DNA of 64,000 nucleotides from Yoonia sp. (GTDB lineage Bacteria; Pseudomonadota; Alphaproteobacteria; Rhodobacterales; Rhodobacteraceae): NCBI GenBank assembly GCA_029250945.1, contig JAQXEG010000011.1, positions 38,727 to 102,726 of the forward strand, read 5' to 3'. Shown piece by piece: positions 40,338 to 50,406 of this stretch (position 1 is its first letter; each line of letters starts with the position of its first letter). The notes under the pieces were generated by a model. It saw only the letters and a program-made list of their open reading frames with translations, ran no database searches and was not told where the DNA came from. The position numbers and the translations under genes were made by a program.

Positions 40338-40968
40338 TCCCCGCGCCCCGCAGCCGCGCAAGGCCAAAGGCGGGCAGGTCAAACTGCATCCGGTCGCCAT
40401 CGCCTTGTGCAAAAAACCGCGCGTTGTCGCGGTCCATGTCGATAAAACGCTCTGCAAACTCTGGTCCGACCTCATAGGCGCGCTGGCTGATACAAGGGCC
40501 GATCACGGCGACGATATTGTCGCGCTGCGCCCCAAGGGTGACCATCGCGTCGATTGTGTTTTCCAGCACACCGTCCAATGCGCCCTGCCATCCGGCATGG
40601 GCCGCCCCAATGACCCCTGCCGATGTGTCGTCAAACAGCACAGGCTGACAATCGGCGGTCAGCACGGACAGGGTGATGCCAGCGGTCGCGGTGACCATCG
40701 CGTCTGCTTTGGGCTTATCAGATGTCGGGGAGGTCACGGTGACCACATCCGCCGAATGGATTTGATGGACGCCGACCATATCCGTGGACGCGCCGCCCAT
40801 CGCCTCGGCCACGCGGGACCGGTTGATCGCCACGATGTCATGCTGGTCGCTGCTGCCGAAACCACAGTTCAACCCTGCGAAAACGCCCGATGACGCGCCG
40901 CCCTTGCGGGTGAAAAATCCGTGGGTCACATTGGCCAATAGATCGTCTTTGATGATGTCGAGCGTCAT
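40213..40968 (-). CDS. pgeF: peptidoglycan editing factor PgeF (YfiH/laccase-domain protein)
   Basis: 251 aa. Motifs HGFFTRKGG, DCQPVLF, HAGWQG. Confidence 0.9.
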   Translation of the reverse strand: MTLDIIKDDLLANVTHGFFTRKGGASSGVFAGLNCGFGSSDQHDIVAINRSRVAEAMGGASTDMVGVHQIHSADVVTVTSPTSDKPKADAMVTATAGITLSVLTADCQPVLFDDTSAGVIGAAHAGWQGALDGVLENTIDAMVTLGAQRDNIVAVIGPCISQRAYEVGPEFAERFIDMDRDNARFFAQGDGDRMQFDLPAFGLARLRGAGIKDAAWTRHCTYADPSRFYSYRRSLHDEDVDYGRLIAAIHL

Positions 40969-42017
40969 GTAGTCAATCCTGCTGGCGGGGTGCCCCCCGT
41001 TGGGAATAGCCCGATCACCTTGAACAGATTACCCATCTCCTCGGGGTGGGTCAGGCGCCTATGGGCGGCAATGTGGCTTGTCAGCGCGTCATCGGTCAAG
41101 CCCTTGACCAGCGCTTGTGCGCGTGCGGTAATACCCAACCGTTCCAGAAACACACCTTGTGGGGTGACGCGGCTGTGGTTGGACGCGGCACTCGCGATAG
41201 CAGCGAAATCCACATGCGCGGTCAGATCGGCATCACCAGGGGTGGCAAGCGGGTCCACGGGTTTATGGGCGGCCAGCGCCTGCAATGTGTCGCCTTGGGA
41301 TTGCCAGTCGCCATAGTCGATGATCAGTGCAGCCCCGCCATGTACATCAATCAATCCCGCGATATGGCTGACAATACCGGGAAGGGCGGGACACACCTCA
41401 ACCACGTCGCCCGGTTGCGTGTCGGCCAAGCGATGATCGAGCATCTCAATCGGCGTGGGCTCTGACAGGCCCATGGCCAGCGTGCCATCCGTCAGTCCGA
41501 CCATATGTTCGACCCAACCCGTAGCTGCACGAGTAAATTGGCGAATGGGGAGCGCGTCGAAAAATTCGTTTGCAATCAGGTAAAGCGGGGCATCGGGCAG
41601 GGTGCTGGCATCATCGTGCCACATGGCGTCGGGCACCAAGGTGGCCTGCTTGGCCCGCAGCGCGGGTGATGTTTCGACGAAATGCACCGATGCCGCGGCA
41701 TGAAAACCGGTGACACTGGCAGTGGCTCGCATCACGTCCGCCATCAATGTCCCGCGCCCCGGCCCTAGCTCGGCCAAGGTGAACTTGGCGGGGCGTCTCT
41801 GATCAATCCACGCCTGCGCCAGCGACAGGCCAATCAGTTCGCCGAACATCTGGCTGATCTCTGGCGCGGTGGTGAAATCGCCGGCTTGGCCAAACGGATC
41901 ACGCGTCGCGTAATAGCCGTGGTCAGGATGCATCAGGCAGGTCGCCATATAATCGGCCACCGTGATCGGCCCCGTCGCGACAATGCGCTGGGCGATCAAT
42001 TCAGCTAGAGCGGTCAT
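40965..42017 (-). CDS. class I SAM-dependent methyltransferase (MidA/NDUFAF7 family)
   Basis: Starts at MTALAELIAQR.... Motif ELGPGRGTLMADV. ATGA overlaps on both sides. Confidence 0.85.
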   Translation of the reverse strand: MTALAELIAQRIVATGPITVADYMATCLMHPDHGYYATRDPFGQAGDFTTAPEISQMFGELIGLSLAQAWIDQRRPAKFTLAELGPGRGTLMADVMRATASVTGFHAAASVHFVETSPALRAKQATLVPDAMWHDDASTLPDAPLYLIANEFFDALPIRQFTRAATGWVEHMVGLTDGTLAMGLSEPTPIEMLDHRLADTQPGDVVEVCPALPGIVSHIAGLIDVHGGAALIIDYGDWQSQGDTLQALAAHKPVDPLATPGDADLTAHVDFAAIASAASNHSRVTPQGVFLERLGITARAQALVKGLTDDALTSHIAAHRRLTHPEEMGNLFKVIGLFPTGGTPPAGLTT

Positions 42018-42892
42018 CGCCGCGCCGCCCGCCAGACCACGAAACCACCGATCAGGATCATCGGCAGGGTCAGCGTCTGCCCCATGGTCAGCCCGACCCC
42101 ATTTATATGAAACGCCAATCCCAGCGGGTTGCCTGCCGTCACAAATTGCGCGTCCGGCTGGCGGACAAATTCCACCATGAACCGCGCTAGCCCGTAGCCG
42201 GTGAAGAACACGCCAGACAAAAGCCAAGACTTCTTTAGCCCACCAAACCGGAACGCCAGCAGGATCAGAATGCTGCCAAGCAACAATCCCTCCAGCCCGG
42301 CCTCATATAATTGCGATGGGTGGCGGGCGCAGAGCCCTGCAGCAGTGGCACAGCTCTGCGCGGCTTCCGTTGGGAACACGACGCCCCAATGTACATCCGT
42401 CTGGCGGCCCCAAAGTTCGGCGTTGATGAAATTCGCAATCCGCACCAACAAGATCGCAGGCGTTGCGGCCAGCGCGATCCCGTCGGCCAGCGCGGGCAGG
42501 GCGACCTTATGGCGCAGGCTGAACAGCCATACGGCAAACACCACCCCAAGGAACCCGCCGTGAAACGACATGCCACCGGTCCAGATCATCGGAATCTCGA
42601 TCGGGTTGGCCGCGTAATAGGCAGGTTTGTAAAACAGAACATACCCGAGCCGCCCGCCGCCGATCACACCGGCGACGATATATGTAAGCAAATCCTCAAG
42701 CTTTTCTGGGCCAAACGGCGCACCGTCACGCCACAGTGCAGGACGCGTAATCGCAGCCTTTAGCAGGAACCAGCCTATGATAATTCCGATGATATACCCC
42801 ATCGCGTACCAGCGCAGGGCGATGTTGATCCCAAACAGCTCAACGCTGAAAATCTCGGGCCCGATGTCGGGAAATGGCAATACAGCAATCAT
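42014..42892 (-). CDS. lgt: prolipoprotein diacylglyceryl transferase
   Basis: Starts at MIAVLPFPDIGPEIF. Motif GGMSFHGG. Confidence 0.93.
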   Translation of the reverse strand: MIAVLPFPDIGPEIFSVELFGINIALRWYAMGYIIGIIIGWFLLKAAITRPALWRDGAPFGPEKLEDLLTYIVAGVIGGGRLGYVLFYKPAYYAANPIEIPMIWTGGMSFHGGFLGVVFAVWLFSLRHKVALPALADGIALAATPAILLVRIANFINAELWGRQTDVHWGVVFPTEAAQSCATAAGLCARHPSQLYEAGLEGLLLGSILILLAFRFGGLKKSWLLSGVFFTGYGLARFMVEFVRQPDAQFVTAGNPLGLAFHINGVGLTMGQTLTLPMILIGGFVVWRAARR

Positions 42893-42986
42893 GCAGGCTA
42901 CTTTTGCCAGTCGACCAAAGATGTCAACCGCTTGCAGGCGGCCCCATCCGCCCCCATATATACCGCAGACAAAATTGGAGACTGCC

Positions 42987-43229
42987 ATGCAGACCAGAAA
43001 CAAGATCCTTGATGATTTTTCCCAGCTGATGACCAACGCAATGGGCGTGGCTCAAGGTGCCAAGGACGAGGCAGGCACAGCCATGAACGGCATGATGGAC
43101 CGTTGGCTCGCTGATCGGGATTTCGTCACACGCGAAGAATTCGATGCCGTGCGCACAATGGCGCAAAAGGCCCGCGAAGAAAACGCAAGCCTTCTGGCAC
43201 GTATCGAAGCGCTTGAAGCCAAGACCTAA
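42987..43229 (+). CDS. accessory factor UbiK family protein
   Basis: 80 aa from MQTRNKILDDFSQLMTNA.... Coiled-coil BMFP/YqiC-like. Confidence 0.8.
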   Translation: MQTRNKILDDFSQLMTNAMGVAQGAKDEAGTAMNGMMDRWLADRDFVTREEFDAVRTMAQKAREENASLLARIEALEAKT

Positions 43230-43290
43230 CCGCTTCTTTTGAGGTGAAATATGCCGGGGTGAGGGCCATTGGCCCGAGGGGCAGCGCCCC
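43230..43290 (-). repeat. family-2 repeat copy ii
   Basis: The reverse complement reads GGGGCGCTGCCCC-N18-CCCCGGCATATTTCACCTCAAAAGAAG. It fills the convergent gap between ubiK and the M42 peptidase. Confidence 0.65.
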
Positions 43291-43302
43291 TTCACGCTCC
43301 GG

Positions 43303-44337
43303 CTATTTAAACGTGGACAGGTAGGCGACCAGAATATCCTTGGCCGCCGCCAGATCCGTCTTTTCCACCATTTCCGTGACCGTATGAATATAGCGGGTGC
43401 CAACCACGATGCCTACGGCGCGGGCACCGGCGGCAGCTTGCTGTGCTGCGGCCCCGTCTTGGCCACCGGCCGCTAGCATCGTGCGCTGATAGGGGATATC
43501 GCTTGCAATCGCGATGCCTTCGATTTCCTTCACCAGATCGCGGTCGGCAATGAATGACGAATCCCGCACATGCAGGCCAAAGCCTTTGCCTTGCACCGTC
43601 GTCGCATCCTTTTCAGGAATGCCGGGAGTGTCGCAGGCCAGTGTCGTATCAATCCCGATGCCAATATCAGGGCGGACCGCAAACGCCGCCGTGCGTGCGC
43701 CGCGCAAGCCAACCTCTTCTTGTGTTGTGAACACGACGTGAATCTCGGCACCGCGGCCTTCGTCGGCCAAGGCGCGGATCGCCTCGATCCCCAGCCAGCA
43801 AGCCACGCGGTTATCGAGCGCCTTGGACACGAATTTGTCGCCCATCTCTAGAAACGGTTCCTCCATCACCACGAAATCGCCGACCTTGATATGGTCGTGG
43901 GATTTTGCGCCCATGCCCAGATCGACAAAAAATTCACCCACGGGCGGGATTTTCTTGCGGTCTTCGGGGGATGAGATGTGGATGGGCTTGCCGCCGGGGT
44001 TCATGACGCCTTGAAAATCGCCGTCGTCGGTACACACCCGCACCCGCCGTGAAAACAGGTTGCGCGGATCAAAACCGCCGACAGGTTGCAGATACAAATA
44101 GCCGTCCTTGCTGATATGGCTGACAAGAAACCCGATCTCATCCATATGACACAGCAACATAACCTTGGGTGCATCAGCCACATTGGCGCGGCGCACACAC
44201 ATCAGGGACCCCATCGGATCAGTCGTGACCTCATCAAACAGCCCGCCGATTTCTGAAATGATCAGATCACGCACGCGGTGTTCATGGCCGGGCACGCCGG
44301 GGGTTTCGCACAACTGACGCAAAAGGGCGGTGTTCAT
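43303..44337 (-). CDS. M42 family metallopeptidase
   Basis: Starts at MNTALLRQLCETPGVPGHEH. FrvX/glutamyl aminopeptidase-like. Confidence 0.88.
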   Translation of the reverse strand: MNTALLRQLCETPGVPGHEHRVRDLIISEIGGLFDEVTTDPMGSLMCVRRANVADAPKVMLLCHMDEIGFLVSHISKDGYLYLQPVGGFDPRNLFSRRVRVCTDDGDFQGVMNPGGKPIHISSPEDRKKIPPVGEFFVDLGMGAKSHDHIKVGDFVVMEEPFLEMGDKFVSKALDNRVACWLGIEAIRALADEGRGAEIHVVFTTQEEVGLRGARTAAFAVRPDIGIGIDTTLACDTPGIPEKDATTVQGKGFGLHVRDSSFIADRDLVKEIEGIAIASDIPYQRTMLAAGGQDGAAAQQAAAGARAVGIVVGTRYIHTVTEMVEKTDLAAAKDILVAYLSTFK

Positions 44338-44587
44338 GATCTTTGGGCTCCTGTGTTTTGTTGGGGCTAGTGTGATTGGCCCCAATCGGATTGGCAATGG
44401 GCGCTTATCCACATGAATTTTGTCTTAAGACAGAGTTATCCCCAAGAAATTGCTTTACACAAAGGGGGGCTAGCGGCCACCATATGCAGTAGGAATGAAA
44501 CAAGAACCATACCGTTCCTAGAGCAGGCACATAGCCCTAACGCCGATCTGCACCGGTGCGTGGGCCAAGAAAACCGAGGCCGAGCAT

Positions 44588-45091
44588 ATGGCGCTAACAG
44601 AAGAATTTTACGACACGGATGAGCTGCACCCGATCGATCTGGTGGAGCATATTGCCGAAAATCATGCGTGGGAATTTGACCGTATCCACGACGATCAAAT
44701 CGCAATGTCTGTCGCCGGACAGTGGCGCAATTACGCGATCACGCTGGCATGGTCCGGTTATGATGAAACGCTGCGCCTGATTTGCACGTTCGAGATGGAG
44801 CCGCCCGCGCACCGCATGGGCGCACTGTATGAGACGTTGAACACCATCAATGACCGTTGCTGGGCGGGGTCGTTCACGTGGTGGGAAGAACAGAAAATGA
44901 TGGTCTATCGCTATGGTCTTGTGCTGGCGGGTGATCAGGTGGCTGGCCCCGAACAGGTCGACACAATGATCAACGCCGCGGTCGCAAGTTGCGAACAATA
45001 CTACCCTGCGATCCAGTTGGTGACATGGGCCGACCGCACACCAAAAGACGCGGTAGAGGTGGCCATCGGCGGGGCCTACGGGCGCGCCTAA
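44588..45091 (+). CDS. YbjN domain-containing protein
   Basis: 167 aa. The typical gene upstream of proC in alphaproteobacteria. Confidence 0.8.
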   Translation: MALTEEFYDTDELHPIDLVEHIAENHAWEFDRIHDDQIAMSVAGQWRNYAITLAWSGYDETLRLICTFEMEPPAHRMGALYETLNTINDRCWAGSFTWWEEQKMMVYRYGLVLAGDQVAGPEQVDTMINAAVASCEQYYPAIQLVTWADRTPKDAVEVAIGGAYGRA

Positions 45092-45154
45092 AACCCTGTT
45101 GAACCTCGATGCGTGCTTGCGTAGCGTGAACCCAACACATTGGGGGATACGTGC

Positions 45155-45970
45155 ATGGCTATGCAAAACGTCGCGGATCGCGGCCTTGTCTTATTAGGAT
45201 GCGGAAAGATGGGCTCTGCCATGCTGGCGGGCTGGCTGGATGACGGTTTGCCTGCCACATCCGTGACCGTGCTGGACCCGAACCCATCCGATTGGCTGCG
45301 CGGCACCGGTGTGCATATCAATGTTGATTTACCGTCCAATCCGGCTGTGGCCTTGGTCGCGGTGAAACCGCAAATGATGGGCGACGCACTGCCCGCCATG
45401 CAGGGGCTGGGCAACGGGCAAACACTGTTCATCTCGGTCGCGGCAGGCACCCCGATTGCGCGGTTTGAGGCCGAATTGGGCGCGGACACCCCCATCGTGC
45501 GCGCGATGCCCAACACCCCCGCCGCCATCGGTCAGGGGATCACGGCAATAGCTGGCAATGGCAAAACGGACGCAGACCAGATGACTACGGCGCAGGCGCT
45601 TTTGTCGGCTGTCGGTGACGTTGTGCGGCTGGATGACGAAGGGCAGATGGACGCGGTCACGGGCGTGTCCGGTTCCGGTCCAGCCTATGTTTTTCATATG
45701 ATCGAAACGCTGGCGGCGGCTGGCGTGGCCCAAGGGCTTGCGCCTGAATTGGCAATGCAACTGGCCAAGGCCACGGTGGCTGGGGCAGGCGCATTGGCGG
45801 CAACATCAGACGATGACCCTGCCCAATTACGCGTCAACGTGACATCGCCCAATGGCACCACGCAAGCAGCTTTAGAGGTGTTGATGGACGTAGAGTCAGG
45901 CTTTCCGAATTTGGTGCCTCGCGCGGTTGCTGCGGCAACCAACCGATCCAAGGAGCTTGCCAATGGCTGA
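45155..45970 (+). CDS. proC: pyrroline-5-carboxylate reductase
   Basis: LLGCGKMGSAM Rossmann motif and C-terminal SPNGTTQAAL motif. Confidence 0.93.
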   Translation: MAMQNVADRGLVLLGCGKMGSAMLAGWLDDGLPATSVTVLDPNPSDWLRGTGVHINVDLPSNPAVALVAVKPQMMGDALPAMQGLGNGQTLFISVAAGTPIARFEAELGADTPIVRAMPNTPAAIGQGITAIAGNGKTDADQMTTAQALLSAVGDVVRLDDEGQMDAVTGVSGSGPAYVFHMIETLAAAGVAQGLAPELAMQLAKATVAGAGALAATSDDDPAQLRVNVTSPNGTTQAALEVLMDVESGFPNLVPRAVAAATNRSKELANG

Positions 45971-46301
45971 GATTTCGTTCGACGACTTTATGGCCGTTGA
46001 CGTGCGTGTTGGCACGGTGGTCAAGGCAGAACCCTATCCAGAGGCGCGCAAACCGGCGATCAAAATCTGGGTTGATTTTGGCGATGAACTGGGAGTGAAA
46101 AAGACATCCGCCCAAGTCACGGTGCATTACACGCCCGAGGGGTTGATCGGCAGGCAAGTCATGGCCGTCGTGAATTTCCCACCCCGCCAGATTGGCAAGT
46201 TCATGTCAGAGGTGCTTGTGCTGGGCTATCCTGATGCGGATGGCGCCATCGTTCTGGCAACCCCTGATAAAGACGTACCAAACGGACGGCGGATGCATTG
46301 A
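45963..46301 (+). CDS. tRNA-binding protein (CsaA-like)
   Basis: 112 aa from MAEISFDDFMAVDVRVGTV.... OB-fold tRNA-binding domain. Confidence 0.85.
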   Translation: MAEISFDDFMAVDVRVGTVVKAEPYPEARKPAIKIWVDFGDELGVKKTSAQVTVHYTPEGLIGRQVMAVVNFPPRQIGKFMSEVLVLGYPDADGAIVLATPDKDVPNGRRMH

Positions 46302-47248
46302 AAACGCTACTGATCACACGACAAATCCCCGAAGCGATCATTGAAAATGCGCGCACGCAGTTTGACGTTACCGTCCGCGAAAGCACCGAAGGGCTGATGC
46401 CCGATGAGGCGGCAGAGGCGCTGGCATCCTATGACGCGATCCTGCCCACCTTGGGCGACCGGTTCACTGCTGAGGCATTCGGCGGTGATATCCGGTGTAA
46501 GGTTCTGGCGAACTTTGGGGTCGGGTATAATCATATTGACGTGGATGCGGCCAAGGCGGCGGGCGTCGCGGTGTCGAATACACCCGATGTCGTGACCGAT
46601 GCGACAGCTGATCTGGCGATGACGCTGATCTTGTCCGCCTGCCGCCGCGCGGGCGAGGGCGAACGTCTGGTGCGATCAGGCCAGTGGCTCGGCTGGTTGC
46701 CGACGCAAATGCTGGGCACGCATGTGACAGGTAAACGGGTTGGGATTGTCGGCATGGGGCGGATCGGACAAGCGATTGCGCGACGCTGTCATTACGGGTT
46801 CGACATGCCGGTGATTTACTTCAACCGTTCGCAAAAAGAGGTCGAGGTGCCATCCCGCCAAGTTGACGATCTGGCCTTATTAATGAGCCAAGCTGACATC
46901 ATCGTCGTGACTGTTCCCGGTGGCGCCGATACCCGCGCCCTGATCGACGCAGAGGCGATTGCACAGATGGACCCGTCGGCGGTGTTTATCAACGTGGCGC
47001 GGGGCGATGTGGTGGACGAACCCGCATTGATCGCGGCCCTGTCCGAGGGGCGGATTGCCGCCGCAGGGCTGGACGTTTACGCACGCGAACCCCTTGTGCC
47101 GCAAGAGCTACGCCAGATGGAGAATGTCGTGCTGTTGCCGCATCTGGGCACTGCCGCATTGGAAGTGCGCGAGGCGATGGGCCAGATGGCGTTGGACAAC
47201 ATTATCGCGTGGGCGGCGGGTGATTCGCTGCCACAGCGAGTGGTGTAG
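46298..47248 (+). CDS. D-isomer specific 2-hydroxyacid dehydrogenase (glyoxylate/hydroxypyruvate reductase-like)
   Basis: 316 aa. NAD motif GIVGMGRIGQAIA, catalytic-region ARG..VDE and PHLGTA. Confidence 0.9.
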   Translation: MKTLLITRQIPEAIIENARTQFDVTVRESTEGLMPDEAAEALASYDAILPTLGDRFTAEAFGGDIRCKVLANFGVGYNHIDVDAAKAAGVAVSNTPDVVTDATADLAMTLILSACRRAGEGERLVRSGQWLGWLPTQMLGTHVTGKRVGIVGMGRIGQAIARRCHYGFDMPVIYFNRSQKEVEVPSRQVDDLALLMSQADIIVVTVPGGADTRALIDAEAIAQMDPSAVFINVARGDVVDEPALIAALSEGRIAAAGLDVYAREPLVPQELRQMENVVLLPHLGTAALEVREAMGQMALDNIIAWAAGDSLPQRVV

Positions 47249-47304
47249 GGGGCGCTGCCCCTGATGCTTGCGCATCTTCCCCGAGGTATTTTGGCAAATA
47301 GAAG
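47249..47304 (+). repeat. family-2 repeat copy iii
   Basis: GGGGCGCTGCCCC-N17-CCCCGAGGTATTTTGGCAAATAGAAG occupies the whole convergent gap between the 2-hydroxyacid dehydrogenase gene and tdk. Confidence 0.65.
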
Positions 47305-47889
47305 TTAGGGGGTCTGGTCACCAATGGCTGCGCGCCAGTGACGTCGGCACAGTGAGACGTATTTTTCGTTGCCACCCACCGCGATTTGGGCGCCGTCGGT
47401 CAGCACGTTTCCGTCACCGTCTTGACGGATCACCATCGTCGCCTTTTTCCCGCAATGGCAAATTGTGCGAACCTCGCGCATTTCGTCGGCCAGCGCCAAA
47501 AGGGCAGCGGATCCGGGGAAAAGCTTGCCTTGAAAATCGACCCGCAGGCCAAAGCACATGATCGGCACACCCAGATCGTCGACGGCACGGGCCAGTTGCC
47601 AAACTTGGGATTCGGTCAGGAATTGTGCCTCGTCGATGAATACACACGCGCAGGGGGTTTTTAGACGTGCGCGGATTTTATCGAACAGATCGTCGGTTTG
47701 ATCAAATGTATCCGCGTCCGCGCCAATGCCAATCCGGCTTCCGATGCGGCCTTGTCCGGCGCGGTCATCAAACCCTGCGGTGATCAGATAGGTTTGCATT
47801 CCACGCTCAATATAATTGTGCGATGCCTGAAGCAGAACGGTCGATTTGCCGGCGTTCATCGTGGAGTAATTGAAATAGAGCTTGGCCAT
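47305..47889 (-). CDS. tdk: thymidine kinase
   Basis: 194 aa. P-loop MNAGKST and zinc-ribbon CxxC...C motifs. Confidence 0.94.
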   Translation of the reverse strand: MAKLYFNYSTMNAGKSTVLLQASHNYIERGMQTYLITAGFDDRAGQGRIGSRIGIGADADTFDQTDDLFDKIRARLKTPCACVFIDEAQFLTESQVWQLARAVDDLGVPIMCFGLRVDFQGKLFPGSAALLALADEMREVRTICHCGKKATMVIRQDGDGNVLTDGAQIAVGGNEKYVSLCRRHWRAAIGDQTP

Positions 47890-48037
47890 GTTGCAAACTA
47901 CCGTTCCCCACCCGTGATTTGCAAGGCACGCAGCCGCGTGTTTGTGTGGTTTTGCGATGACAATCTGCGCGATGCGCGCTAATGACGTCTAAGAGTTTTT
48001 TCTCCTCTCGCAGAGAGGGGAGGTATGAGGACGAATT

Positions 48038-48494
48038 ATGGCGGGTTACGGAAGCTATTTGAAAAAGTGTACAGAATCGCTGGTCAAAGATATTGGCATC
48101 GAAGCGGCGTGTGAATTGACAGGAAAGTCGAAGGTGACGCTTGGCCGTTAGTTACTATTCAGATTCAGCGGAACACGCCGATCGCTTCATGCCTGTTGAT
48201 GCTGTCGCCGCACTTGAGGCCGCGTCATCCTATCCGCATATCACGTTGGCCTTGGCGGAAATGCGTGGGATCACTTTGTCCGATGATGAATCACGCGAAA
48301 ATTCCGAAAGCGGCGGGATCAACGCCGATGTCATCAAGCTAAGCCAGCGGTTTGCGATGCTGATGGGGGAATATAACCAATCCATAGAGGATGGGGTGAT
48401 TTCCGTAAACGAAGCCAAGCGATTGCTGCTTGAAACGACCGCACTGCAAAAGGTGCTGCTGGATATGAAGCTGCACCTCGAAGAAGGCAGTTAA
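48038..48494 (+). pseudogene. phage CII/CP76-like HTH regulator, frameshifted after the HTH
   Basis: MAGYGSYLKKCTESLVKDIGIEAACELTGKSKVTLGR* (48038..48151) continues in another frame as YYSDSAEHADRFMPVDAVAALE... (ORF 48141..48494). Family assignment is tentative. Confidence 0.5.
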
Positions 48495-48503
48495 GCTAGT
48501 TCG

Positions 48504-49214
48504 ATGGACGTTTCCGATCTGCCAAATGTGACCGCTGACTGTCTGACCCCGATCGACTTTGTCGACTATATCAGCGCCAATGATGACGGGCACCCGCCGC
48601 GTATCTTGCTGCTATACGGATCGTTGCGCGACGTGAGCTATTCACGCCTTGCCGCAATGGAGGCCGCGCGCATTCTGCGCGCCTTGGGGTGCGAGACGCG
48701 GATGTTCGATCCCTCTGGCCTGCCGTTGCCAGATGATGCCGATGAAACCCATGACAAGGTGGCCGAGCTGCGTGATCTTGTGATGTGGTCGGAAGGGATG
48801 GTCTGGTCCAGCCCCGAACGGCATGGCGCGATGACCGGGATAATGAAGACCCAAGTCGATTGGATCCCGCTCTCGCCCATCGGTGGTATCCGCCCGACCC
48901 AAGGCAAAACGCTGGCCGTTATGCAGGTGTGCGGTGGGTCGCAGTCGTTTAACGCGGTCAACCAGATGCGCATTCTGGGCCGCTGGATGCGTATGGTCAC
49001 GATCCCGAACCAATCATCTGTGCCAAAGGCGTGGGGCGAATTTGAAAAGGGGCGGATGAAGCCCGGCCCGCTTTACAACCGGATCGTCGATGTGATGGAA
49101 GAGTTGGTCAAATTCACCCTCATGACACGCGGGCGCGTGGCATTGACGGACCGCTATTCAGAACGGGTTGAAACCGTGCAAGCCGTGCATGCGCGTGTGA
49201 CAAAAACCGACTAA
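48504..49214 (+). CDS. arsH: arsenical resistance protein ArsH (NADPH-dependent FMN reductase)
   Basis: 236 aa. [17 protein letters not shown] and [10 protein letters not shown] motifs. Confidence 0.9.
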   Translation: MDVSDLPNVTADCLTPIDFVDYISANDDGHPPRILLLYGSLRDVSYSRLAAMEAARILRALGCETRMFDPSGLPLPDDADETHDKVAELRDLVMWSEGMVWSSPERHGAMTGIMKTQVDWIPLSPIGGIRPTQGKTLAVMQVCGGSQSFNAVNQMRILGRWMRMVTIPNQSSVPKAWGEFEKGRMKPGPLYNRIVDVMEELVKFTLMTRGRVALTDRYSERVETVQAVHARVTKTD

Positions 49215-49240
49215 GGTAGGATGCGTTTTAACGCATCTAT
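49215..49240 (+). repeat. REP-type element copy f (GCG stem variant)
   Basis: GGTAGGATGCGTTTTAACGCATCTAT fills the 22-nt convergent gap between arsH and KAS III and overlaps the KAS III TAG. Confidence 0.75.
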
Positions 49241-50361
49241 GCCCGCTCAACGATGACCGATCCAACCGAATAGCCTGCGCCAAAGGAACAAATCAGCCCC
49301 GTTTCACCCACGGCCAGATCGTCCGAGTTTTGCGAAAACGCGATAATGCTACCGGCACTGGATGTGTTGGCGTAATCTTGCAGGATGTTGGGCTGCTCAC
49401 CGGCCTCCGGCACACGGCCCAGCACCTTTTTCCCGATGTAGTCGTTCATCGTTTTATTCGCCTGATGCAGCCATAGCCGTTTCAGATCATCGGCCTGCAC
49501 GCCGCTGTCGCCCATATGGTCGGCGATGTGCTTGCTGACCATTGGCAGCACCTCTTTGAACACCTTGCGCCCGTTTTGCATGAACTGCATATCGCGGCGG
49601 TCTTCCATCTGATCATGGGTGCGGCGCAAATAGCCGTTGTTGTTGCGGATGTTGTTGGAAAACTGGGTGGCACAGCGTGTGGATTTCACGAGGAACCGAG
49701 GCCTGTCCAAGTCCTCATCCCGCTCAATCACCGTGGCCGTCGCCACATCGCCAAAGATGAAATGGCAATCGCGGTCACGCCATTCGAGGTGGGCACTGCA
49801 AATTTCCGGATTGATGACAAGCGCGCGGCGGATGGACCCTGCCTTGATCATATCAACCGCTGTTTGGATACCGAATGTCGCGGATGAACAGGCCACGTTC
49901 ATGTCAAACGCAAAGCCGCCTGCGCCCAAAAGCTGTTGGATTTCAATGCCAACGGCGGGATAGGCGCGTTCCATATTGGACGCGGCACAGATCACCAGAT
50001 CAATGTCGGATGCGTCCAGACGGGCCTGCGCCAACGCCTTATGCGCGGCATCAACGCCAATTTCCGCCATATAGCCGGGCGCATCGTCGGGGCGTGCGGG
50101 CAGGCTGGGATACATGCGGGCGGGGTCCAGTACACCGTCGCGGTCTAGCACATAGCGGCGTTCAATGCCGCTGGCGGCAAGGATGAAATCGGCAGATGAC
50201 TGCGACTTTGCCTCAACCGTACCTGCGGCGATGGCGTCTGCGTTTTCAGCGTTGAACAAATCGGCGTGCGCGTTGAAGGCGACGACCAATTGATCATTGG
50301 TGATCACCGCCTCTGGTGTGAAAACGCCCGTACCTGTGATTGCCGCGGTGAACATGCCCAA
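49237..50361 (-). CDS. beta-ketoacyl-ACP synthase III family protein
   Basis: 374 aa. Active-site region NVACSSATFG and WLHQANKTMN. Confidence 0.88.
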   Translation of the reverse strand: MGMFTAAITGTGVFTPEAVITNDQLVVAFNAHADLFNAENADAIAAGTVEAKSQSSADFILAASGIERRYVLDRDGVLDPARMYPSLPARPDDAPGYMAEIGVDAAHKALAQARLDASDIDLVICAASNMERAYPAVGIEIQQLLGAGGFAFDMNVACSSATFGIQTAVDMIKAGSIRRALVINPEICSAHLEWRDRDCHFIFGDVATATVIERDEDLDRPRFLVKSTRCATQFSNNIRNNNGYLRRTHDQMEDRRDMQFMQNGRKVFKEVLPMVSKHIADHMGDSGVQADDLKRLWLHQANKTMNDYIGKKVLGRVPEAGEQPNILQDYANTSSAGSIIAFSQNSDDLAVGETGLICSFGAGYSVGSVIVERA

Positions 50362-50381
50362 AATCCCTTTGAAAACTCGCC

Positions 50382-50406
50382 CGACCCTAGCGTTAACGTA
50401 GGGTCG
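50382..50406 (-). terminator. hairpin CGACCCTA..TAGGGTCG downstream of carB
   Basis: 8-bp arms with a 9-nt loop, about 30 nt after the carB stop. Confidence 0.4.

Noticed and set aside
44421-44432. Palindrome TGTCTTAAGACA between the M42 peptidase and ybjN as a regulator operator
   Set aside because: It is a single 12-nt palindrome in an A/T-richer spacer. There is no second copy in the window and no adjacent regulator gene, so the support is insufficient.
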